Origin: Acanthaster planci
Taxonomy: Eukaryota
DNA: 64,000 nt
Assembly (NCBI RefSeq): GCF_001949145.1
Contig: NW_019091361.1
Coordinates: forward strand, 1,101,452 to 1,165,451
Reading direction: 5' to 3'
Each line of letters starts with the position of its first letter. Positions within the stretch are counted from its first letter, which is position 1. A model generated the notes under the pieces. The model did not search any database. It saw nothing but the letters and a program-made list of their open reading frames with translations, and had not been told where the DNA came from. Shown piece after piece: positions 36,962 through 47,889 of the stretch. Both the position numbers and the translations under genes were made by a program.

Positions 36962-39938
36962 GACGCATCTACTGTAACCTGTCAAATTTCTATTCTAGCG
37001 GTGTTTTTCTTGAAAGGCGATTGTCGACGTACCGTCCGGAATTAACAGTAGCGAACTTTTAGATCTTCGATAGGTATTAATTTCAACAACTGACAATCAA
37101 GGATAAACCGCACATGTATGCTCGTAACGCAAAGCGTTTTGTTTTGCTCGTACCCTGTGCACAATCCAATGGCACTTGTCTTAAGGCAGTCGTTTTTACT
37201 ACTACTTTTACTATTACTTTTATTATCTGCCCCGAGCCGGCGGAACTAAGGAAGGGCGCAATTTCCCTAGCAACGGATGCTCGTTTACTGGGAACTGCAC
37301 TTCGCTGGCTCACGAACGGCTATGAAGTGCAAATGTTGCGGTCTCATTGCTACTAACCGCGTAAACACTCCCTATGCACCAACATGGCTCTTTTAACCGA
37401 TGGGGCGGGTGCTTCTGCTCAAGGCGGGTTCAATACTTCCATAAATTCCTGTCATCTGTTTTATTGGATCGTACGCTTATCACACGTCATTGAATTGTTC
37501 TATTTCATAATACACGTTAAATAGAACTCCATTTAACTTGACTGGTTTGTTTAATATATCATTCCCAGTAAGATAGAAGAAAATAGTGTAACGGACGGGA
37601 ACCAGTGTAACATTTTACGGTTCTGCTGGTGGGTGGCGCTTCGGGACACAAATCTGTCTCGCAAAATGAAGAAAGTTAGTACTCGAGGGCCGTTCGTCAT
37701 GTTTACATCTTGTATCACACAAATAATGATAGTTTTACATTCCGCAATACTAAGGATAATTGAATTCGGGTAGAGATGAATTGTCATGTACCACGAGGTG
37801 AACCTGAGTGGAACGGAACATTTCAGGTGTCATCTAGTGAAATTACTCTTACCGTTACACTCACAAACATTTATTGGCCCCACTTGTATAATAATCAATG
37901 CTCGTGCATGTCATACACACACGTGTGGAGCCCAGCTGGCCAGTCGTTGTTCGGAAATTCTGTACAACAAGATTTTAGATACAAGACCTGAGATGCACCT
38001 TTTTGTCTCCATTATCCTTTTCAGTTTTGTTTTATTTATTTATTGTAAGCGAGGTAGTTGTGGTGACTGTTTATGATATCAATATTTTGTCATTCAGGAG
38101 CAAAACCGTACATTAATTTGTACTCCATATACGGAATTTTCATATTTTGCTGGTCTTAACATTTTCTGTTCTTGGGTGAGTCATAATTTTAAAAGTATCA
38201 TGGTGATAAACCAATGCGCAACCCTTTCATAAAACTGTTTTTAATGAGCCAATTTTGGCTTCATCATTTTAATAGAAATATCTATAAAATGAGTCTTCCC
38301 TGGTTGATATTACGGTAAGAGCGCCCTCAGTTGTCTGGAAAAGCACGGACAATGTGAAATGTTTTTGAAAGTGCACTTTTCAGTGTAAATAACCCCTACT
38401 GGATGTTAAATAGTTTTCACTACAGAAGAGGCGGAAACCCGTGCACGAAAAATTCCTTACGAGGTCCCTTTAAGTCACACATCGCGAAGAAGATTTCATC
38501 AAAACCCTGATATGGGGCGTACGAGCCAACTCTTACGAGTGTCCATACTGGAATAAAACGTGGGGGAGGAGGCTACACGCAGTAGCGATTTAGCGATGAA
38601 GACTACGTCTCAGCGAAACGTCTTGGCTTCGGCTGATCAAGGCCGGATCCAGATCAAATTTTCGGGGGGGGGGGAGGACGCATCGTCCTAGGCCTGGTAC
38701 ATCTTTGCATTAACTGATTGAATTAGTCACAATTAAGTAGCTGCTCATCAGAATCAATTTTCCAAACAAAATGGTTCTGTCAATACAAAACAACCTCATT
38801 TTAGACACTTAATGTCTTCGCTATAATTGATTTTTTTTAAAATCCTTTTTTTTGGGGGGGGGCTTTTGTTCCCCTATATAGATCTGTCTAATAATTAAAT
38901 TCAGGGCTTAGATGGTCTCCCTGTGGGAGCATTCTTACTGGAGTTTGTTAGCTGTTTTTTCGATAGTCCATTATTCATGACCAATTAAGGGCGTCGTCTG
39001 ACGGATTTCGGGGCATACTGCAATTCACCGACGATAGTAAAGGTTCACTCGTGTCATACCGATAGTGCACAACAACCTTCAGTCTACCATATGAAACTGC
39101 AGTTAGGTCTACAGCTAGCTGACAAAGATAATTCTATTAACTTAATTTGACTGTACTCCTATCGATATCGTTTTGAGCTTCACTAAATACACACATCCTC
39201 GGGTTTCACGGCAACAACTATGGGATTTATAGGTTGTCTCAACCTCATAATGCAATAATGCTGCTATTTATTCAAATTAACACTCGCAGGTTCGCATCTG
39301 AACTTTTAAAAATATAATCTATTAATTCAATCTATGATGATGAACGTGTTAATGCGTTTCATAACTCACTGTGTGTTAGAGCCCACAGGTAATTCAATAT
39401 TGTGTGGTAAAGGCAATCTAATATGTGAGTCGGACATGGCGTAATTGTTATTTGAGGCACAAGAAAATGGGTCACGATAGAACGTATAAAATAAAATCAA
39501 GGCCGTGTACCATATCAGGAAGGGAAAAAAAGTGGCACCCTTTTTTTCTCAATGACATGCAAAGTAGAAATTAAAAATAACACTTAGAAAGGCTTGGAAT
39601 TCCCTCCTAAAGATGGAGTTGTATGTAATCATAATGTTCATGGTGTTTATGATATCTAGATAACCCAGTGCCCTTCTTTTGTCGTCAGATAGCCCTACAC
39701 TATCCCGTCTGCCTAGTCAGTAATTTATTGTGTGGCAATCATACGCCTTGATCCTTAGGTATGAACGAGCCACCTGGAGTGCCTGTATAAGCATCGATCG
39801 TAACTCACACTTGCAGATGCTTCTTTATTCATGTTCTTCAAAATCTAAGAATATACGGGAACGCTTTAAAATTCTGCCGTATCGTTTGAACTGCACTTGG
39901 ATTGTACACAAAAGGTGAAAAAAATTAAAGTCGTTGGT

Positions 39939-40409
39939 GGGTAATTTCAGAAATTAGGGGTCGAAAAGTGTGACATTTTCGTGTCCCAGTTTCGTGACAT
40001 GGAAGTATCACCGGAATTGATTTCAAACTCTCGTCACTTGTTTGGCAGGTATTTTGCATTAACTGGTCAATCTTGGAAATTAAAAAACGTGTTCTGAACT
40101 TACAAAATCGTATGTCAGATGTGACAGGGACACGAAAAGGTGGACCCCTGGGCCGTTTTCCAATACTCAAATTCGGCTCCATCTCAGGCGTCAACTGTTT
40201 TTTACTAGCTGACTTTGAAGATGTAAGCGCGGTAATCAGTCAATAGTGCCGAAGAACATCAAATAAGATGCAAAAAAGCCAAAATTACAGTAATCCAATG
40301 TAATTTAAACGCTTCAGGCCCACAATCGGGGATTGATTTTGGGAACGAAGCCTGAGATGGAGACGAAGTTGAGTATTGGAAAACGGCCCTAATTTCTGGA
40401 CTTACCCTG
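39939..40409. mobile_element. Tc1/mariner-like MITE (host of a nested insertion)
   Basis: The left TIR GGGTAATTTCAGAAATTAGGGGTC matches the right TIR GACCC[insert]CTAATTTCTGGACTTACCCTG|TA once the insert is removed. Confidence 0.65.
40151..40388. mobile_element. PIF/Harbinger-like MITE inserted into the right TIR of the host MITE
   Basis: About 40-bp TIR GGCCGTTTTCCAATACTCAA.TTCG.CTCCATCTCAGGC. 3-bp flanks CTG/CTA. Confidence 0.8.
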
Positions 40410-40988
40410 TACATGGTACGCGTGACGTGGGAAGTGAAGCGCCCCCTTTCGTTTCATCGTTCACTAAGAGGGCGTTCTACTTCTCATGCAGGGTGAAGGC
40501 ACAGAGATCAGTTCTAAAAATGGCCTCTAAGTGGTTCAGGCCGGTAGATAGGCCGAAAACTGCTTGCGCTGGCCAAATCACAATTTGTAAGCACTCAAAC
40601 TCAAAGTCTCTGATAAATAAAGCATTTTGTGGCCCATGAACTTGAGGATTTGTAAAAGACAGGTTTAGGCGCGCAAAAAGAATGCCAGCTGGTGTCTGAG
40701 TGAGATTTGGAAGGAATCGGTGCCTGAAAATGGTGTATTTTTCGAGAAGTGTTGGCATCGATATTTTCAAAATGGCAAGTGGCTTCACGACTGCTTTTTA
40801 GGGGTAACTTTCCTTGGGAAAAATATCTTCAAAAGTCATTGGTTAATGACTAGTAATTTGAACAGAAAATGAAAAAAAATCCTATAATGGGCTTCTCACG
40901 TCTCGAACGCCTGCAGCTGAGAAACCCGTATTTTTCCTGATTTTTGAAGTTCAGGTATTTATCACCGTTGGCTATGGCGGTTTATTTA

Positions 40989-41078
40989 TTGGCTTGCAGC
41001 TAGGAATTACACACAAGTCTACGGTAGTGGCCGTAGCCTGTTCCCATTAAGTTGTGTGTAATTTCAGGCTGCAGCCAA
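40989..41078. repeat. Short imperfect inverted repeat (MITE remnant)
   Basis: TTGGCTTGCAGCTAGGAATTACACACAA ... TTGTGTGTAATTTCAGGCTGCAGCCAA. Confidence 0.6.
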
Positions 41079-41283
41079 ATGAATTGGACGGAGCCTCATT
41101 CAATTTAATCTAAGGGTGTCAAATGTTAATTTGACACCGGTGAAATTTGAGTCCTGTTTCTTTGAAAGGCCCAACTGCACATGGGCGTTACTTCATACAC
41201 AGTGCCATCAATCTGTCTTTCTTAAACGTGTAGTTTACAACGTAAATGACACAAAACGTTGGAGATAAACAAGTTCACTAACC

Positions 41284-41532
41284 TTGGTCGAGGCGGCGTT
41301 CGGCATTAGCCACACCGTATACTGGTTTTCTATCCGTTTCCATCGTTATTTTTCATGTACAGTGGAAAAATCAAGGCGAACAGCGACCTCACGCGGGCTG
41401 CGTGATATGCTAATCATTCAGCTGATTCACATATAAAGCTGGTTGCGTGAGTTCGGTGCTACGTGATTTTCCACTGCGAACGTTCATAACAACAGATAAT
41501 GCGGTGCAGCTAATGACGAACGCCTTGACCAA
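41284..41532. mobile_element. Fold-back MITE (degenerate)
   Basis: TTGGTCGAGGCG..GTTCGGCATTAGC ... GCTAATGACGAACGCCTTGACCAA, with internal CAGTGGAAAAATCA/TGATTTTTCCACTG. Confidence 0.65.
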
Positions 41533-41837
41533 TGTTATGAAAAGAGTGGTTCCGCAGTTATTTCGTCCATGACTCCTAATTTAAATAGGAGTTGATCATG
41601 GACGAAACGCCAAGAAGTGAGCTTGCCCGCACCGCGACCTCCATTGCCTGCACCGGTCGCTTTCGGCTGTCCGGCCGGGAGTCACAGCGAGGATCGTTCC
41701 CTTACAGCTCTGTACGTCCTGCAAGGAGAAGAAAACATAATACGGTTCTGAATCAACGTGTACTATACGCCCTACTCTATTGTTGCGGAGAATCATGCTT
41801 ATAGTTGAGACTTGAGGCTATGCATGGTGGAAGTACT

Positions 41838-42058
41838 ACTAACTATGGACAAGTTTGCGGTGACACCATGTGGATAAATTTCTCTTTTGTTAGTGTGTGT
41901 GGTTCTGAGAAGAACCGGGGTTCACTCGACGTTACGGAAGACGGACAGAGCACACTGTCCGAAACGTCGAGTGAACCCCGGTTCTTCTCAGAACCACACA
42001 CACTCACAAAAGAGAAATTTATCCACATGGTGTCACCGCAAACTTGTCCACAGTTAGT
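41838..42058. mobile_element. 96-bp near-perfect inverted repeat (Penelope-like pLTR end, inverted arrangement)
   Basis: Arms 41838-41933 and 41963-42058 differ at 2 positions, with a 29-nt spacer. A 13-bp direct repeat TCATGCTTATAGT lies at 41793-41805 and 42058-42070. Confidence 0.75.
41935..41968 (+). ncRNA. Minimal hammerhead-ribozyme-like motif (Penelope type; core variant, probably inactive)
   Basis: CGGAAGA (cf. CUGANGA, U4->G), an extra C, stem II GGACAG/AGCACA/CTGTCC, then GAAA and CGTC (GUC triplet). Confidence 0.5.
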
Positions 42059-43627
42059 CATGCTTATAGTGATGACCGCGATTGCCAAGCCCACGTACTA
42101 TGTAGCATACAATAACCATAATTACCAGTATATTCTCGCGTAAAGTGTCTGGTAATTGCCCTTTTCATATCAGTTTTGTGCACAGCGTTTATTTGTCCAA
42201 TTTGCACCTTGCTATGTCCAATTGCTGCGAGCCCAACCAAATGGAGCTCTACCACACTTGCGTAAACAGTACGAGTTTTTGAACAATTATGTATTGGACA
42301 GTATGCCATTCATTTTTTGCAAATCCTTCAAAGAAGACAATTACTCGAACCATTCCTAAATGTATGTTATCATGGTAGACAAAACCTTGGGTAACATTCT
42401 GTGTTTTCAAGCGTGACGGCCTGTCGTAGGCCTACGGCTTGCGGGATCGATGTGCAAAAATAACAAGGAAATGAAAAAAAAAGTAAAAATGGAAGCCATG
42501 ATTTGTCTACACTTAACTAAATTATACTAACATATCAGGAGTTGTATGCCAAACAGAACATGATTTCATCTCATAAAAAGTGCTCCCTCTGAAGGAAAGT
42601 TTACATTTTTGACATTGGGAAAGTACGACGTTCCACATCTACTAATGCCAACCATAACACTTCTTGTACAACTTACGATAACAAATTATTATCTTAAGTA
42701 TGAAAGGTATTCACTGGTGGGGTGGAAGACTTTGCAGATGATTCATTTTCCATTTCAATGTATTTCGTCATTCAATACACAACAGAGTTGAAACTGTAAC
42801 GTGATAACAGCAGCTTAAATTTACCGATGACAGTTATAAATATGTTGAGCGATGCAATCTTTTATCATGATATGATTGAACAGATCCACCTCGCAATAAA
42901 TCCCCCCGTCCCATTCAGACCTCGCTGTAAAAAAATGGAGTTCACACTGTGCAATTAAAATTCAAAAACGCACCCACACAAATATTTCTTCATTTGACTA
43001 GGTGAATAGATGGCCTTTCGGCTGAAAATCATGTATCTATGTAGCACAACGAATTGCCTGTGAAGGCCAACAACGATTTTTATCCGTTTCTATGTTCAAA
43101 TGAAGCAGAACAGCTTTGAATCAATTACTTCCTTGTCAGTGTAAATTGTCACAAACCTGCCTTTCCGGTGAGCGATTGGAGTTGGATTCAAATTATAATG
43201 CGATGTATAAATTGGTATGCCAATACGTAGGGGGCCTACATCGCATTAACTTTCAAAAGAGAACTGTGCAACAAATTCCGTGCGAAGACCAACACTGAGC
43301 CTGGCAAATGAGGTGTAGCAGCTTGGATCAGTCATTTCATTGTCAGTGTACTTTGCCACAAAACCCCTACCTTTCAATTTGTGGAATTGGCACCACATGC
43401 CCACGAGGAGGAATCAAGCGTGAAGTGTCAAAAACACAATTCGATTTGAGGCCAACAATTACGACTGAATAGCTGCGTCTAAATACGGAGGGTCTAAACA
43501 AAAGATAAAATGAGCCATGCCAAGAAAAAAGGCAAAACCTCCCTGCGATGCAGCCCAGTGAGTTTCTGCTCTTATAAGATGCCTTAAAAACTGTGGAAGT
43601 TATATCGTGAGTCGAAGACAGGAGCGT

Positions 43628-44482
43628 ATGGTGTTCTATTCAGGCCACATGACACTGCGCAGTGAGAGTTGTTGCACTGCGCGATGAGAGTTGTTTGGCT
43701 GAGACTCCAACTTTCGTGCTTTTTGGGAACGAGCACAAGCGGTCACAAAGCCCATTTATATAGCCTGAAAGTTGACCTATAAAAGTAACTGTTTCTGGAA
43801 TCCTTGGGTAGGGAATGTTTTCAAAAATCAGCTCAAAAAATGCCTTAGTGAAATATTTTACCAGCACATTAATTGAAAGAAATCGAAAAATTGACTGACC
43901 TGAATAGAAATATCTTGTTAGAAATTGAACACACACTTTCGTAATCTCAACCGCATCACGCTCAGGTAACTTTGTGTGTTCCCACACATATTAAATGTAA
44001 CGAAACTATTTTTTCGGTAGTCTTTAATTTAGGTAGAAACTGAAATTAAAAAGAGAAAGGAAAAAGTTTAGGATCAAAAGTGCATTAAGATCATTTAAAT
44101 TAATTTTCAGGTTAATACCACTGCCTGCCCTGAATCTTTATATCTAACATTTTTAATTCTTTGTCTCTCGCTGAATATAATTTCCAGACAAAAACTTCGT
44201 GAAGTTGAAAACAAATTTGTCCCAATGGTCATAATGTTGAATTTCTAGTAAGCAACGAGGCCATAATCTTCCTAGGGGCCACAGGGGCGAAATTTCTCTT
44301 GGATTTTGTGCCGTTATCTATGGGCGCGTATTAATGTAGTACAACGAACCATAACAGCACTTACCGCACCGCTGAACAACACTCATTGCGCTGACAAAAA
44401 CTCTCATCGCGCAGAGGAAATCTTACTGTGCAGTGAAGCAACTCTCATTGTGCAGCGTAATGTGGCCTGAATAGAACACCAT
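43628..44482. mobile_element. Non-autonomous DNA transposon with internal subrepeats
   Basis: 23-bp perfect TIR ATGGTGTTCTATTCAGGCCACAT/ATGTGGCCTGAATAGAACACCAT. 8-bp flanks AGGAGCGT/AGGAACGT (7/8). Subterminal repeats (G)CAGTGAGAGTT / AACTCTCATTG. Confidence 0.8.
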
Positions 44483-44881
44483 AGGAACGTGAAAGGGGGC
44501 TGTAGTGTGCATAGTTAAATTGTACTAGTAGAATTGTGGGCCTATTATGTTCAGTGAGAACGTGGCATCAAGGGCATATCTCTAAATTGCCCAAAAGCAA
44601 TAGATAAAATGAAAAAGCATCAGAAAGCTAGCCAAGAGACGTCCTTTTCAAACCAGGTACCAAATACCATAGGGCAAGCAAGCAGATATCTATGCCACTA
44701 CTTACCACTGGACAGTTTATGGTTTAAAATGGACAGTGTTTGCTTGTACTATTCTGGGGGACTCTCAGCCACCATCTGTTTCCCCCAACCGGAGACAATG
44801 TTACGTAATTCTACAGGCATGATTTTTCAGCACAAAACGTGACTGAATCAATGGGCCTTGTTTCATATTTCACATCTGTGG

Positions 44882-44930
44882 AATCGTCGGTTTTGGAAGT
44901 TCACACTGTGAACTTTCAAAACCGACGATT
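44882..44930. repeat. 49-bp near-perfect palindrome
   Basis: AATCGTCGGTTTTGGAAGTTCACA-C-TGTGAACTTTCAAAACCGACGATT (24-bp arms, 1 mismatch). Confidence 0.9.
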
Positions 44931-45077
44931 AGTGGCATTTATTTGGTTCAGCGCGGTCAGAGTGTTATGATTCAGCTTTGTTCGAAAAGCGCTACTAATC
45001 TTTGTGTGATAAGAACCTGTTTGTTGTGCAAGGTCGTGAACTTTGAAACCGAGAGAAATGTCACGGCATGTTCCTTT

Positions 45078-45268
45078 CAGTGTTTCAGTCCATCACAAGT
45101 CCCTGTAAGGCCATCACAAGTCCATCACAAGTCATTCATTCAGAAGCCAATTTACAAGCTATTCAAAATGGCTGTGACAAAAGCATTATTTGTCATTGTT
45201 CTCTGATTACTTATGACTGGCCTTGTGAAAGGACTTGTGAAGTTGTGATGGATTCGAATACAACACTG
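45078..45268. mobile_element. hAT-type MITE
   Basis: CAGTGTT...AACACTG termini with CCATCACAAGTC / GACTTGTGA subrepeats. Perfect 8-bp TSD GTTCCTTT (45070-45077, 45269-45276). Confidence 0.85.
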
Positions 45269-47561
45269 GTTCCTTTTCTTTTCTCTTTTTTTTTTTGCAA
45301 GCACACATCCCATCCTTTACCTCACACACACACACAAACTATGCGACGTAAAGCAAAGCAAAACAAAACAGAAAGGGGCCGACACAGAAATGTTCCCCGT
45401 ATTGTTAAATGGACTTCCTTGTGCAGGGACCTCTCACATTGTACCTGTCGGATCGGAGTTGATCAACGGATAAAGATTACAGGGCAGCTATATCCCCCCA
45501 ATAGTTTCTGACCGTCGCCAGCCAAATCCCAATGACACACTCGAATCCCACACTTCGAGGCTTCGAACAAGAATGGCCAGCTCAGCATTTCTGAGATATG
45601 GACAAAACAGAGCCCTCCTGCAAAGCCCTCCAATGGTTCTGTTTAGCAGGGAGGGTAGGCATTACTTTACGAATTTCAAAGTGGCGACTGGCTTCATGAC
45701 TATTTTCAGGGGTGGTCATCTTAGGATGGATATATTTTATAAAAGAAATCTTTGGTTTACCTAGTAAAAATTGAAAAGAAATGATGTGCGTCTTGAACAG
45801 CTCAGAACTTGCTTGTTTTTTCCTAACCGGGAGTAATATATCACTTTTCTTTATGAAAGCTTATTTGGGGGTCCCGTATTTCTGTCAGACGCGTTATTTG
45901 AAGCGGTACTTGGTGAAGTGATTTCAACCTCTTCTTCCCCCTCATTAAATCTAATACGGCTGGATGCACAACATAACACACGCATGAAAAGTCCCTTGGT
46001 GATTAATCATTATCGATGTTGGCACATTCTAATGTTCCCAAGCATTCAAGCTGCCATTGGTTCCATTGATTTCTGTTCACCTTGTGATGTGAAGCGCCGA
46101 TTTAACATTTCACTGCATTTGTATAGTGTTCATTTGTGAGATAAGTCAGCTTGCGTGCGAAAATTCGACAAGCGGCATTTACACAGCTCTTTTTTCTATA
46201 CTACCGTAGTCTAGGCAGGTCCATCGAAGTCTGATATGCTATTGAGCTTAAAACTACCATTGTAATCGACAAATAATAAACATTACTCTGAATGTTTACC
46301 CTGGGCTGGTCAGGTGAAACATTTGCTTCAGATTGAGTGCTGAAAATGCAAGGTGAAATCTGATTGCCATGTGATTGTGACTTGTGAATTTTTGTGACTA
46401 AATAAATGAAAATTTGGGAAAAATCTTTTCGTTGAACATCAGTCCCCTAGCTTAGTCTTGGGTTTGCAAGCTTTCCAGTTTTAGTCACTCCGTACGTGAG
46501 AGTAATGCGTAAAATTGGTTCTCTTTAATTCGTTCCGATGTTCGGCACTCGCTCAGGATCGGAAATACCTGTTGCACAAATTACGGTGCCGCAATATAAC
46601 TCTGTTAAAGGATGCGCTATATGAGTGTTTTGACATGACAGGACGCCCCCTAACAGTATAGTTGCAGGAGGGCGCCCTCAAATGTGTCCTCAATGCTCAA
46701 AGACCTGCACTAGGCTACAACACTAGCACTGCGAAATGCAATGGGCCCTATTTGTGGGGACTCCATTTCAGTCATATTCCCCAACGTAGAGTATTTATTT
46801 GAAAACGTTAAATTCAAAGAACTAGACTACATTCTTCGATTTCATTCTTACCCCCCAAATCACCTGGTACCATCCAATTTACGGTTTCAAATTTATACTG
46901 CACGTTCAGGAATACGACTGAAATTGAGGACGCCGCGAATACGGTCTGTTGTGTTGGGGCTGGCTAGCTTCCAAATCTGCCGTCTGATGATGACCCATAT
47001 GTTCTATAAAACGGCGATGGAGATCCCTGAATGAAGGAGGCGGTTGTACTTCTGGACTTTACCCGTGGGCAGTTTTAATGTATTACACCGGTAAAATTGC
47101 TCAATTACTTGGCTGTACGGGGTGGTACGGTGCGTGTCAACAAACTTTTGGCAAGCACAAAGTTGCATGACCCCACTGTGTGAGCTACATCCGACGTTAC
47201 CATGCTGATAAGATTTTAAACCAACAACTGGACAAGAAATGTCTAATCGAACGGATTAATCGCCCTCTTCTGCGGCACAGAGAGAGAGATTATAATGGCC
47301 TATCAGAATTTTCAAGTATACAATGTACTTATTGCATCAGAATGGTCGAGTAGAGAGAATTAGGGATGCACACTTAACATTTTTGAAGGTTAATTGTTTT
47401 TATATCATCCTTTTGAAAATTATGAAAAAATTAAGAGTGAAACAGACCGAGATCATTGTCGTTTATGTTCTGTCACCGTCCGATTGCATAGAAATGTGCT
47501 GTTTATCATAGGACCGTCAAAAAATCAACACCGATGTAATGTGAGTCTGCCTGCAAATCTA

Positions 47562-47889
47562 GGTGTGGCGGTCTCAGCTGTCTCCCAGTCTCAGTGGCCC
47601 CCCTTATGGTAAAAATACGTCATGTCATCTCGGCGCACAACAATGGGAAAGTCGTCCGTTTAAGTGGCGTGCTGAGCAGTGCAGTCAACGCATGCTTCAC
47701 GTTGTACGTGACGTGTACTGTACATAGGCCTAACAGTACCGCTTATAATACACGTAGTAACTTGCTGTCATGTGGACATCTCAGCACGGAAAACCAACGG
47801 GATCGTGCTTGTGTCGTGCTGAAATGTCCGGCTACGTCGGGGAGGGGGGGGGACCGCTGAGACTGGGAGACAGTTGAGACCGCCACATC
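47562..47889. mobile_element. MITE with about 40-bp TIRs
   Basis: GGTGTGGCGGTCTCAGCTGTCTCCCAGTCTCAGTGG ... CCGCTGAGACTGGGAGACAGTTGAGACCGCCACATC. Confidence 0.8.

Noticed and set aside
41805..42143. Mirror-image ORFs on both strands encoding the same peptide
   Set aside because: Artefact of the 96-bp inverted repeat.
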